Origin: a virus
Virus record (IMG/VR): IMGVR_UViG_3300045988_175441
Location: 9,959-73,958 of that record
Direction: 5' to 3' (one strand)
DNA: 64,000 bases
A program made the position numbers and the translations under genes. Shown piece by piece: positions 63,889 to 64,000 of this stretch. Each line of letters opens with the position of its first letter. The stretch's first letter is position 1. Below the pieces are notes generated by a model, which was not told the origin of the DNA, searched no databases, and saw only the letters and a program-made list of their open reading frames with translations.

Positions 63889-64000
63889 CAAAAATAAAAA
63901 TCTGAGGGGCAAGCAAGGGGGCAGACGGACGGCGCAACCCCACTCACTGCAAAAGGAAATGCCTTAATTTATGTTTACCATATCCCTTTTCTTTTCTATG

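Noticed and set aside
63623-63943. 106-aa minus-strand ORF in the terminal non-coding region.
   Set aside because: It has no SD, overlaps hairpins and box repeats, and has the odd composition typical of chance ORFs in repeat-rich spacer.

Overview
The window reads as most of a large conjugative, theta-replicating plasmid from a low-GC Gram-positive coccus. Supporting signs are LPxTG and YSIRK surface proteins, AAGGAG Shine-Dalgarno (SD) sites, extended -10 promoters, and no integrase, transposase, rRNA, tRNA or CRISPR that I could see.

Modules, left to right:
- 1-8567 (minus strand): an HU-like gene, then a tightly packed 12-gene operon of envelope and acidic proteins of unknown function.
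- 8690-10374: partition locus, a ParA ATPase plus an unusual single-chain tandem ribbon-helix-helix (RHH) protein, flanked by ACACAAAAARATAATC boxes.
- 10455-15500: HTH proteins, an FtsK/SpoIIIE-type coupling protein and three unknowns.
- 15801-19159 (minus strand): three tandem paralogues of about 365 aa.
- 19322-21571: origin (AT-rich tract plus 7 x 22-bp iterons), Rep, and a RuvC-like nuclease.
- 21607-39922: a Gram-positive type IV secretion (T4SS) region. It holds a four-domain cell-wall hydrolase, a PrsA-like foldase, a 642-aa protein with no visible P-loop, a ClpB-like double AAA+ ATPase, a 1389-aa polytopic membrane protein, and an RHH regulator plus LPxTG adhesin.
- 40219-63527: a 24-kb array of about 45 mostly small genes, all on the plus strand, resembling a leading-region or anti-defence island. 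It holds a second HU, an SF2 helicase, a HAD-like protein, an AP2-like protein, SSB, a second FtsK-like ATPase, a lipoprotein nuclease, an HExxH protein, a GIY-YIG protein, YopX-like and DUF551-like proteins, and a DNA methyltransferase.

Main observations:
- A (GCAA)18 tract separates the N6-adenine methyltransferase from its only SD-equipped start codon and puts it out of frame, which looks like phase variation.
- Twelve copies of one near-identical strong promoter cassette punctuate the 24-kb array.
- The box upstream of those cassettes also brackets the par genes, suggesting a plasmid-wide regulon.
- The T4SS cluster has no recognisable VirB4 P-loop but does carry a Clp/Hsp100-like ATPase.
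- A candidate type I toxin and a dispersed intergenic repeat family are present.
- No canonical relaxase or oriT could be recognised.

All functional calls rest on motifs read by eye; no database search was run.
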